Shown here: positions 1 through 7,916 of the stretch, in pieces | Position numbering within the stretch: the first letter of the stretch is position 1 | Layout: every line of letters begins with the position of its first letter | From: an uncultured Gammaproteobacteria bacterium | GTDB lineage: Bacteria; Pseudomonadota; Gammaproteobacteria; SZUA-140 | Direction: 5' to 3' | DNA: 36,095 nt | Assembly (NCBI GenBank): GCA_964650235.1 | Contig: CAZYTT010000004.1 | Coordinates: forward strand, 1-36,095 | Made by a program: the position numbers and the translations under genes | Notes under the pieces: generated by a model | What the model saw: only the letters and a program-made list of their open reading frames with translations | Databases searched by the model: none | Told to the model about the DNA's origin: nothing

Positions 1-1332
1 ACTGGGCCTGTACTGACTCAATCTCAGCCTCCATCGACTGGGCATCAAGCCCCTGCAATTCTTCCTGCAGGCGTTGTTGCCGCTGCTGCAGACGTTGCTG
101 TTCTGTCTCCAGATGGATCACTCGAGTCCGCTCAACCTCGGCCTGTGACATTTCGTCAGCGACCAATCGATTGAAGACATCCCAATCCTGCTGCCAGGCC
201 TGCATTGACGCTTCTGCTGCCTGTAACTCGATATCTGACTGCTGCTCGGCCGTTGCGGCCTCGTCCAGTCGTGGCTGACTGGTCTCTAGCATCTCCTCTA
301 ATTTCGCTATCTCAAGCAGATCGTTATCGATATGGATCCGCGACTCCTGCCAACGCTGCTCTATATCTTTTTGATCCTGTTCATCTTTCAAGCGTTTTTC
401 AGTGGCGTGCTGAATCGATTGTTCAACACGAGCTATATCGGAGCCGACGCTATAAAACCGTCCCTGAACAACATTGAATTCTTCATTGGTGTCTATCTGC
501 TCAACCCGACGCTTTTCAATATCAGCCTCTATACCACGCAACTCGGCAATAAAACCTTCGAGTTCTGTTTCAACGGTACGAATAACAGCTTCCATCTCGC
601 CTGACTCGGCATCCAGCGTCTGCCAGCGCAGGACCAGTAACTGTGCCTTTATCAGGCGTTCATCCTGTTTTAGTTCCTTGTAACGCTCAGCTGTGCGCGC
701 CTGGCGTTGCAGTGTATTGAGTCGTTTCTCCAGTTCTCCGGAGAGATCCTCAATCCGACTGATATTATCTTTAGCATGGCGAATCCGGTTTTCAGTTTCT
801 CTCCGCCGCTCTTTATACTTCGAGATACCAGCCGCCTCTTCAAGGTAGACCCGTAATTCTTCTGGCTTGGCCTCGATCAGGCGTGAGATAGTGCCCTGCT
901 CGATAATGGCATAGCTGCGAGGACCCAGGCCGGTACCCAGAAACAGATCGGTGATATCACGACGACGACAGCGGGTACCATTTAGGTAATAGACGGATTG
1001 ACCATCACGAGAGAGCTGACGCTTTACTGAGATCTCATTATACTGGGCATATTGTCCACCCAGGGTCCCGTCTGAATTGTCGAAGACCAGCTCTATAATG
1101 GCGTGTCCAACGGGTTTACGTTCCCGGGAACCATTAAAGATTACGTCAGTGAGTGAATCCCCGCGCAGGTTTTTAGCTGAGCTTTCACCCATAACCCAGC
1201 GTACCGCATCAATGACATTCGATTTACCACAGCCATTCGGCCCAACAACACCAACGCGCTGACTGGTTAAATTGACTGTTGTAGGATCGACAAATGATTT
1301 AAATCCGGCTAATTTAATTTTATTGAGTCGCA
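1..1332 (-). CDS. smc: Chromosome segregation ATPase SMC, N-terminal part (gene runs off the left edge)
   Basis: Absent from the ORF track because it is truncated by the window edge. The reverse complement from ATG (1330-1332) reads MRLNKIKLAGFKSFVDPTTVNLTSQRVGVVGPNGCGKSNVIDAVRWVMGESSAKNLRGDSLTDVIFNGS... This is the SMC head with Walker A GPNGCGKS, followed by long heptad-rich coiled-coil sequence down to nt 1. The + strand ORFs at 205-683 and 1077-1262 are antisense shadows of it. Confidence 0.9.
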
Positions 1333-1434
1333 TGGTGCGTCAAGATACAGGATAATAACAGTACTCGACAAGACCCTCTAGCCAGGGTTTTCATCCATTC
1401 ACCCTAATTATTTGTTTTTATTAAGGTTTTTATT

Positions 1435-1824
1435 ATGCCCAGCAAACCAAGCAAAGAACTTGATACATTCGTCAACCCCAATCCGGAGCGTGACTATACG
1501 ATCCACATCGATGTGCCAGAGTTTACCTGCCTCTGCCCCAAGACCGGACAGCCCGACTTTGCCACTATTACCATCGATTATGTGCCTGATTCGGCCTGTA
1601 TAGAATTGAAGGCCTTGAAGATGTATATCTGGTCATTTCGTGATGAGGGCGCATTTCATGAAGCAGTGACTAATCGTATTCTCACTGATCTGATTACGGC
1701 CTGTCAGCCCCGGTTTATGCGAATAAGTGCTGAATTTAATGTCCGCGGGGGGGTTTATACCAGTGTTGTTGTCGAACACCGGGCTGAAGACTGGACAGCA
1801 CCCGAATTGGTAACGCTACCCTAA
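1435..1824 (+). CDS. queF: NADPH-dependent 7-cyano-7-deazaguanine (preQ0) reductase, single-domain type I QueF
   Basis: 129 aa. It has the catalytic-Cys segment [15 protein letters not shown] and the QueF motif [13 protein letters not shown]...FHE. The size fits type I (YkvM-like) enzymes. AAGG lies 9 nt upstream of the ATG. Confidence 0.9.
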   Translation: MPSKPSKELDTFVNPNPERDYTIHIDVPEFTCLCPKTGQPDFATITIDYVPDSACIELKALKMYIWSFRDEGAFHEAVTNRILTDLITACQPRFMRISAEFNVRGGVYTSVVVEHRAEDWTAPELVTLP

Positions 1825-1994
1825 CGAGTGAGGGTAGCCCAATTATATCAGGACACACATACATAAATCTCACTACTCCGGATAGCGATGCTATCTACAT
1901 AGGCATCGATATTGGCACCAGTGGCTGTCGTGCAGTAGCCATTGATAACCGGCAACGCCTAATCGCTGAGTCCGTACTGTTATTTGATACCAGC

Positions 1995-3158
1995 ATGGAA
2001 CAGCACTCGCCGCATTATTGGTGGCAACTATGCCAACAGACGATTATCGGACTGAATAATTCGATAGACTGCTCAAAAGTAAGCGCTATAGCGGTTGATG
2101 GGACGTCGGCGACTCTTTTAGTTACCGATGCAGACTGTCTGCCCCTGGGACCGGCATTAATGTATAACGATGCCAGATGTATTGATCAATCCAGGCTTAT
2201 CGCCACTATAGCCCCGCAAGACTGCGCCGCCCATGGCCCGAGTTCAAGTCTGGCAAAACTGCTGTACCTGCAACAACGCTATCCTCAGGCCCGATTTGCC
2301 CTGCATCAAAGTGACTGGATCAGTGCACGACTGACTGGTGGTCTGATCGTAACCGATGAAAACAATGCCTTGAAGCTGGGCTATGATTGCCGCCAACGTC
2401 ATTGGCCGAACTGGTTCGAACAATTATCCGTTCGCTCCGAACTATTGCCGCGTGTAGTCCCGCCGGGGTCAACTATCGGGCTTATTGCCCCAGACCTGGC
2501 CAGCAGCTTAGGCCTGCCACCAGATACCCACATCATGGCAGGGACAACGGATGGCGTTGCTGCCTTTCTAGCAACAGGAGCTAACAGGATTGGTGATGCC
2601 GTCACATCACTGGGCTCCACCCTTGTGGTCAAACTGTTAGGAGAAAATGCCATTTTTGCCCCTGAATTTGGGGTCTACAGTCATCGTCTCGGTAATCGCT
2701 GGCTAATAGGTGGCGCATCAAATACCGGGGGGGCGGTACTACTTAAGTATTTTAGCCGAGAACAGCTCAACCAGTTGTCACTCGTGCTAAAGCCAGATAG
2801 ACCGACAGGACTACACTACTACCCCCTAACTGGCCCGGGTGAACGATTTCCGGTATGCGACAATGATATGCAACCCCTGTTAACACCAAGGCCGGCAGAA
2901 GATGCCCAGTACCTTCAGGCCATGCTGGAAGGGATGGCTGCTATTGAGGCTCAGGCCTATGAGTTATTAGCATCGCTCGGGGCACCACGGCTAACATCCA
3001 TACGGACTGTTGGTGGTGGGGCTCAAAACCAGGCCTGGACCAGGATTCGTCAGCATCATATAGCGACCCTATTTAAACCCACCGAACAGACCCAGGCTGC
3101 CTTTGGTACCGCGTTACTGGCAGCGGGACACATCCATCAATTCATAACAAGGGAATAA
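1995..3158 (+). CDS. FGGY-family carbohydrate kinase (substrate unknown); the functional 5' end probably lies upstream of 1995
   Basis: 387 aa from the first in-frame ATG, with FGGY/ASKHA features (AVDGTSATLL, GTTDGVAAFLATG, GGASNTGG, VGGGAQN). The same frame is open back to 1788 and encodes ...AIYIGIDIGTSGCRAVAID (1890-1946). That is the phosphate-1 motif every FGGY kinase needs, so 1995 is a minimum estimate (see finding). Confidence 0.8.
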   Translation: MEQHSPHYWWQLCQQTIIGLNNSIDCSKVSAIAVDGTSATLLVTDADCLPLGPALMYNDARCIDQSRLIATIAPQDCAAHGPSSSLAKLLYLQQRYPQARFALHQSDWISARLTGGLIVTDENNALKLGYDCRQRHWPNWFEQLSVRSELLPRVVPPGSTIGLIAPDLASSLGLPPDTHIMAGTTDGVAAFLATGANRIGDAVTSLGSTLVVKLLGENAIFAPEFGVYSHRLGNRWLIGGASNTGGAVLLKYFSREQLNQLSLVLKPDRPTGLHYYPLTGPGERFPVCDNDMQPLLTPRPAEDAQYLQAMLEGMAAIEAQAYELLASLGAPRLTSIRTVGGGAQNQAWTRIRQHHIATLFKPTEQTQAAFGTALLAAGHIHQFITRE

Positions 3159-3167
3159 CCGTCACCT

Positions 3168-3929
3168 ATGCGCACAATCACATCCCCCCTTTACCTCGCC
3201 AGAGGCCTTGGCCTGTTACTACAGCCAGGCATACGTCGCTATGTTGTCATTCCGCTGTTGATCAATATAACCCTGTTCGCCCTGCTCACCTGGCAGGGTT
3301 TCACTTATCTTTCCGATCAACTGGATCATTACATTGCGACCATACCTGAGTGGCTACAGTGGATAGACTGGCTGCTGCAACCACTACTGGTAATTGCTGT
3401 GTTTGCAATTGGCGCATTTATCTGTTTGATTCTGGCTAACCTGATAGCCGCACCGTTCAATACCTTCCTGGCTGAGGCCATACTTGTAAGACTTATACCC
3501 GCGACCCAACTACCCGACGGCGGGGTAATCAGCGCGTTGAAAGAAATCGCACCCTCGCTGTTCAATGAATTAAAAAAACTGGGCTACATTGCCCTGCGCG
3601 CGACCCCACTACTGATTTTATTTATCATTCCAGGGTTAAATATATTCGCCCCTGTACTTTGGTTAATCTTTAGCGCCTGGATGCTCGCACTGGAATACAT
3701 TGAATACCCGATGTCTACCCATGGCATCCCGTTTGGCGAGGCCCGTAAACGCCTTGGGCACAACAGGGTCTCCACCCTTGGTTTTGGTGCTGGTATTGCG
3801 GTACTGACAACCATCCCAGTCGTTAATTTTTTTATTATGCCCATCGCTGTTGCCGGTGCCTGTGTGTTTTATGTAGACCAAAACATCAAAAACAATTACG
3901 ACAACAACAAAATACTAAACACTAAATAA
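3168..3929 (+). CDS. cysZ: Sulfate transporter CysZ
   Basis: 253 aa. It is collinear with E. coli CysZ as I remember it: LLQPGIRRYVVIPLLINI, IAAPFNTFLAE, APVLWLIFSAWMLALEYIEYP, FIMPIAVAGA. It has multiple hydrophobic helices and starts 9 nt after the preceding stop. Confidence 0.9.
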   Translation: MRTITSPLYLARGLGLLLQPGIRRYVVIPLLINITLFALLTWQGFTYLSDQLDHYIATIPEWLQWIDWLLQPLLVIAVFAIGAFICLILANLIAAPFNTFLAEAILVRLIPATQLPDGGVISALKEIAPSLFNELKKLGYIALRATPLLILFIIPGLNIFAPVLWLIFSAWMLALEYIEYPMSTHGIPFGEARKRLGHNRVSTLGFGAGIAVLTTIPVVNFFIMPIAVAGACVFYVDQNIKNNYDNNKILNTK

Positions 3930-3947
3930 AAAAATGGCATACATCAG

Positions 3948-3977
3948 CGGGCAGGATTACATTAGTAGTCCTGCCCG
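3948..3977. terminator. GC-rich hairpin between the convergent cysZ and beta-propeller genes (candidate bidirectional terminator)
   Basis: CGGGCAGGA (3948-3956) pairs perfectly with TCCTGCCCG (3969-3977) around a 12-nt loop. An A-run (3927-3934) lies upstream and T-containing sequence downstream. Neither side has a strong immediate U-tract. Confidence 0.45.
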
Positions 3978-4020
3978 TCTGTAAGTTACAATCAGAAGGT
4001 ATTGAGGCGTTTCGCTACTG

Positions 4021-5262
4021 TTACTGAGCCAGTAACCAGGCACGTGAATGTGACACTTTATCACCCACTGGGAAGGCAGTTAAAACAATATGATCCTTAC
4101 CATCAACAATGACAATAGCACCACGTTCTGCATCTGATGAGAAAATCAATTTAGTCGTACCGTTGCTGTTGAGAAATGACAGTGAACCAGATGCACCGAC
4201 AACGACCTCATTGATCAATTTGATTTCAGGCAACGCGGTGATATCAAAGGCCAACATCACATCAGCCTTCAGATTAGCCTCCTGCTCCGGACTACCCTTG
4301 CTACTGGTAGTTAGATAGAGGCGCGTACCTTCCGGGTTAAAGTAATATTTACTGATATAGATATCCGGCAGGTCTCGTGTATTTACAACTTCATTGGTTG
4401 TTACATCAATTACTGCAAGTTTAGCAATAACATGCTGGGGATCAGACTTACGGTCGGCACCACGGGCAATGATATAACGACCATCAGGTGACATAAACAG
4501 ATTGCTGTAGCCTTTTAACGCAATACGTTCTTCAATCTGATGGGTCTTTGGATCAATGATGGCAATTGTCCCATAACCATTATTCAAGTTATAAACTTTT
4601 CCGGATAGAATGGAGTAGGCCAGACCATGCGGAAACGCATTATTCTCACCAACCACCTTCTCTTTATCCGATTCAAGCAAATCTATGGTTGCAACGACAT
4701 TTAAGTAGTCAGTGCTACCGGGTTCATTATTAATAACTGAAATCGTCCCATCTTTCAGGTTACTGATATAAGCTTGGTCAGGCACTTGAGGCGCATCCGT
4801 TGAAGGATAGGAAAAGGCCGCCTGATGGTGACCGCGACCGACACAGATAGTCTTTAATAACTTGGCCGTTGAACTGTCGGTATTTTCAACCACCGTCACT
4901 GATGAGCCTTTATCACCGCAATTCAGGGTATCATTGCCCGTCTCTTTATCACCATCATTCATAAACCAGTCACGACTGGAATTTGGGTCTGAGTAGATAT
5001 GTGCTGGGAAGGCATCTGCGGTAAATGCATCCTGAATGTTCAAAGCCCTGGATACAGGATCCAGCTCAATGACCTGGTGTTGTTCAGTTAAACCAACAAA
5101 TACCGGTTTTTTTGCCTTTTCCTGGCCTGATTCACCCATAACATCCAGATTATTAATATTCACCTTACCGTTACGATACTGGATAATTGCCACACTACCT
5201 GTCTTACGATCACCTGAATAGTAGGCCAATGTAAAATCCGCCAAGTTTTTATCTGCAGTCAT
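4021..5262 (-). CDS. Beta-propeller repeat protein (YVTN/YncE-like blades), no signal peptide, function unknown
   Basis: 413 aa. It shows recurring blade-type segments (FPHGLAYS, MSPDGRYIIARG, FNPEGTRLYLTT, IAIIDPKTHQI, LAVIDVTTNEV, AIVIVDGKDHIV). The N-terminus MTADKNLADFTLAYY is not hydrophobic. A perfect TATAAT on the minus strand (5299-5304) lies 37 nt upstream of the ATG. Confidence 0.6.
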   Translation of the reverse strand: MTADKNLADFTLAYYSGDRKTGSVAIIQYRNGKVNINNLDVMGESGQEKAKKPVFVGLTEQHQVIELDPVSRALNIQDAFTADAFPAHIYSDPNSSRDWFMNDGDKETGNDTLNCGDKGSSVTVVENTDSSTAKLLKTICVGRGHHQAAFSYPSTDAPQVPDQAYISNLKDGTISVINNEPGSTDYLNVVATIDLLESDKEKVVGENNAFPHGLAYSILSGKVYNLNNGYGTIAIIDPKTHQIEERIALKGYSNLFMSPDGRYIIARGADRKSDPQHVIAKLAVIDVTTNEVVNTRDLPDIYISKYYFNPEGTRLYLTTSSKGSPEQEANLKADVMLAFDITALPEIKLINEVVVGASGSLSFLNSNGTTKLIFSSDAERGAIVIVDGKDHIVLTAFPVGDKVSHSRAWLLAQ

Positions 5263-5470
5263 ACTAAGATCCCGTCCACGCTAAAAAATAAAAGGCCAAT
5301 TATAGCCTACCTCATGCACAGATGAATATGCCCAATAAAATAGCGCAAATGAATCCCCGATTATGCTAGAATCTGACCCGGTTTTATGGGGTTGCAAGCT
5401 CATCTACCCGCCCATAACCTGATTTGCTCACCACATCTCCATCCATTCAGACAACACTATGCGTCCGACC

Positions 5471-5499
5471 AGTTTTATTGCAAACCGGTCAATAAAACT
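5471..5499. repeat. Perfect 10-bp inverted repeat AGTTTTATTG-N9-CAATAAAACT in an intergenic region
   Basis: Read directly: 5471-5480 is the exact reverse complement of 5490-5499. The 9-nt spacer CAAACCGGT contains the ACCGGT palindrome. No U-tract follows on either strand, so it is not an intrinsic terminator. Confidence 0.7.
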
Positions 5500-5525
5500 C
5501 CCTGATGTGAGTCTCTTACCATATC

Positions 5526-5568
5526 TGTGACGTGGTTCACAGAATTCCCCATAATACGCCGTTAGTAT
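5526..5568 (+). promoter_or_regulatory. CRP/Vfr-type site TGTGA-N6-TCACA plus -10 TAGTAT in class II (-41.5) geometry
   Basis: TGTGAcgtggTCACA (5526-5541) matches both consensus CRP half-site cores exactly. TAGTAT at 5563-5568 places a start near 5575, which puts the site centre (5533.5) at about -41.5. Confidence 0.5.
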
Positions 5569-5629
5569 CTGGTCCATGGGAGCCCCTCCCCACAAATACA
5601 AAATGATGAGGGACCAATTGGAGGATACT

Positions 5630-5830
5630 ATGAATTTTAAAACCCTAAACGACTACACCTGCATCGAGAACAATAACGAATATTCAACTGAGAATGACTC
5701 GATTCAGCAATTAACCAGCGGCACCAGAGATGAAAAGAATCCCTCGGACAAAAAAAATGTGCGCAAGGCCATTGATCGTTATCTGGAACGTAAACGCCTG
5801 AAGCATGATCTTGGTGGCGATATCTATTAA
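5630..5830 (+). CDS. Small hydrophilic protein (66 aa from the SD-preceded ATG; 84 aa if ATG 5576 is used)
   Basis: GGAGGA (5620-5625) lies 4 nt upstream of ATG 5630. The product is MNFKTLNDYTCIENNNEYSTENDS...KKNVRKAIDRYLERKRLKHDLGGDIY, an acidic N-half with a basic helical C-terminus. From memory the tail resembles a family of small gamma-proteobacterial proteins, but I cannot verify that. Confidence 0.55.
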   Translation: MNFKTLNDYTCIENNNEYSTENDSIQQLTSGTRDEKNPSDKKNVRKAIDRYLERKRLKHDLGGDIY

Positions 5831-5852
5831 TACTTGAAATAATTAAAGAAAA

Positions 5853-5876
5853 TCCTCGGTCTTACAGGGCCGAGGA
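5853..5876. terminator. Hairpin between the small ORF and apaG; its U-tract is on the minus-strand side
   Basis: TCCTCGGTC (5853-5861) pairs with GGCCGAGGA (5868-5876), including one G.U pair, around a 6-nt loop. On the + strand it is followed by AAAAAA. On the minus strand it is followed by TTTTCTTTAATT. Confidence 0.3.
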
Positions 5877-5961
5877 AAAAACCCTGCATCACCCCAAACA
5901 CACCCAAATGTAAAATATGCTATTGTAGAGTTCATTCTATATCGGCTGCTCAGGAGGCCCT

Positions 5962-6351
5962 ATGGTCGGGTCAGAAATCATTTCAAACGGCATACGTGTA
6001 ACAGTCAACTCTGAATACAGCCCCAGCCAGTCTCAACCTGAAAATAACAACTGGTTGTATATCTACACCATAACAATTTCAAGTGAACGCCATGATACGG
6101 TGCAGTTACTCAACCGTCACTGGACGATAACCAACGGAGATGGGAAAACTCAGGTTGTGCAAGGCCCAGGCGTTGTGGGCAAGCAACCCGTGCTGGCACC
6201 AGGCCAGAGTTTCAGCTATAGCTCGGCCTGCCCTATTGATACAGAATATGGCTGTATGCACGGTTTTTACACCTTTGCTGATAAAGAAGGAGATACATTT
6301 AGTGCTGATATTGCACCATTTTCCCTAGCCCAGGCGGAGCTGGTCCACTAA
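5962..6351 (+). CDS. apaG: ApaG (DUF525) protein
   Basis: 129 aa, collinear with E. coli ApaG: YIYTITISSERHDTVQLLNRHWTITNGDGKTQVVQGPGVVGKQPVLAPGQSFSYSS...GCMHGFY. AGGAGG lies upstream at 5952-5957. Confidence 0.9.
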   Translation: MVGSEIISNGIRVTVNSEYSPSQSQPENNNWLYIYTITISSERHDTVQLLNRHWTITNGDGKTQVVQGPGVVGKQPVLAPGQSFSYSSACPIDTEYGCMHGFYTFADKEGDTFSADIAPFSLAQAELVH

Positions 6352-6369
6352 CCAGACTGATCTGTCTAT

Positions 6370-7353
6370 TTAACTTACTGGTATAAATGGATCTGCATGG
6401 ATATTAGCTAATTTAGCCCCTGCAATAAAGGCCTTGCGCTGGGCTGCAGCAACCATGGTCGGATTGCCACACAAATAGACCTGCCAGCCCTTTAAGTTTG
6501 GGTAGACTTTCAATGCCTCATCCTGCACCCACCCCTGGGCATAACAACCATTACTGTTGACACCACCCTCAACGACACAGGGTGTATAGCTGAAATTATC
6601 ATTTTCGCTCTCAAGCGCACGTAATTCATCAACCAGATAGAGTTCCTCCGGTAATTTGCCACCATGAAACAGGTGTATGGGGCCCTGGTGCCCATGCTCA
6701 AGAGCGGCCTTTAAAATCCCCCAGATCGGGGCTAAACCAGATCCTGTTGCCAGTAATAAAATACCCTGTTGCTCATAACCATCGAGGTAATAGCAATCGC
6801 CATAGGGACCACTTAGGGTGATGGTTTGCCCCGGTGTTAAACCATCATGTAGCCAGTTACTCATCTTGCCCTCAGGCACACGCTGGACATGAATTTCCAG
6901 CATCGGATCGATCTCTGGTAACGAGGCCAGAGAATAACTACGAATTAGATGCTCGCCCAAATCATTTATTATATGGATAAACTGACCGGCAAAATAATTG
7001 ATGGGTTGCTGACTCTTAAATCGAATACGGATTATCTTTTCATTGAGATACTTCTTTTCGATCACCTCGGCATTGATCACCGGAGCCAAGTTTTCATCAG
7101 TAGCAACGATATTTAGATCTGTATCCGGCTTGCAGATACAGGGTAAAAAATAATTCTGTTCGCGCCAGGTCCGTTTTAGTCCTCGCTGCGAAATCGCTGG
7201 TGGATGGCCATCATCCACCTTCATCAGACAGGTCTGACAGATACCACTGCGACAACTATTGGCCCGGGTAATGTCATGGCGCTCTAGACATTCAAGCACG
7301 GTTTCCTCATCAAGTAGTGTATAAGACTCACCCTGAAAGACTACCTGAACCAC
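6370..7353 (-). CDS. Fusion of a plant-type 2Fe-2S ferredoxin domain and an FNR-type FAD/NAD(P)H oxidoreductase
   Basis: 327 aa with a GTG start preceded by GGTGAT. The N-terminal segment has the C-x4-C-x2-C cluster motif (CRSGICQTC) plus a later Cys (LPCIC). It has the FAD motif RSYSLAS, the NAD(P)H motif LLATGSGLAPI and a CGNPTMV tail. The architecture matches AscD or phenol-hydroxylase reductase components. Confidence 0.85.
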   Translation of the reverse strand: MVQVVFQGESYTLLDEETVLECLERHDITRANSCRSGICQTCLMKVDDGHPPAISQRGLKRTWREQNYFLPCICKPDTDLNIVATDENLAPVINAEVIEKKYLNEKIIRIRFKSQQPINYFAGQFIHIINDLGEHLIRSYSLASLPEIDPMLEIHVQRVPEGKMSNWLHDGLTPGQTITLSGPYGDCYYLDGYEQQGILLLATGSGLAPIWGILKAALEHGHQGPIHLFHGGKLPEELYLVDELRALESENDNFSYTPCVVEGGVNSNGCYAQGWVQDEALKVYPNLKGWQVYLCGNPTMVAAAQRKAFIAGAKLANIHADPFIPVS

Positions 7354-7405
7354 AACATCACCCCGACCAACAACGCTATATTAAATGAATGTCACTGAAG
7401 GTATT

Positions 7406-7774
7406 TTAACGACCCAGCACATCATTGCGAGTGCTTTCAGCAATAGCAGCAGATTCGGCAATCAGGTCAGCGGGCACACCTAGTTCAGTCAGCGTTGCAC
7501 CCAGATTCTCCATCACAGCATCAAAATGGCTATCATTCAGACCACGAGCAACCAGATGAGCATGACCATCACGCATATCCTTACCTGTATAGTTATGTGG
7601 TCCACCAAGGGCCATGGTCAGAAATGCCTTCTGCTTGGCGGCCTGACGCTCCATATCAACACCATCAAAGAACTGATTAATTCGATCATCAGCCAGAACC
7701 TTACGATAAAAAAGGTCAACTGCTGCATCCATTGCTGCTTCACCACCAATCTTTTCATAAACACTTTGTGACAT
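7406..7774 (-). CDS. glbN: Group I truncated hemoglobin (trHbN)
   Basis: 122 aa: SVYEKIGGEAAMDAAVDLFYRKVLADDRINQFF (B10 Tyr), RQAAKQKAFLTMALGGP (E-helix Gln), MRDGHAHL (proximal His). AGGAGA lies 7 nt upstream of the ATG. Confidence 0.9.
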   Translation of the reverse strand: MSQSVYEKIGGEAAMDAAVDLFYRKVLADDRINQFFDGVDMERQAAKQKAFLTMALGGPHNYTGKDMRDGHAHLVARGLNDSHFDAVMENLGATLTELGVPADLIAESAAIAESTRNDVLGR

Positions 7775-7916
7775 CGTTACATCTCCTGTTTAGATTAAAA
7801 ATTCTTGACAACATCATACTTACTCAAAGGAAAAATACATCCATCTCTTCCATCTTTAAAGACCCGACCTTTATAACCTAGTATTTCAGTCAGATAACCT
7901 TAGGCTTTATAATGCT

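Noticed and set aside
205-1262. Track ORFs 205-477, 332-604, 474-683 and 1077-1262 on the + strand
   Set aside because: All lie antisense to, or out of frame with, the well-supported smc reading frame. Their products are low-complexity with no motifs, so they are shadow ORFs.
1371-1434. Possible preQ1 riboswitch or attenuator in the queF leader (ACCCT...AGGGT...ACCCT alternative pairings followed by Ts)
   Set aside because: The stems are only 5 bp. There is no A-rich tail or pseudoknot pattern of preQ1-I/II aptamers as I remember them, and 5-nt complementarities are expected by chance.
2405-2425. GGTTCGAAC string resembling a tRNA T-arm
   Set aside because: It lies inside the FGGY kinase coding frame, with no flanking acceptor or anticodon stem structure. 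I found no tRNA anywhere in the window.
5459-5530. 23-codon ORF (MRPTSFIANRSIKLPDVSLLPYL) spanning the 10-9-10 inverted repeat
   Set aside because: It has no SD and no recognisable features, and it is too short to support without conservation data.
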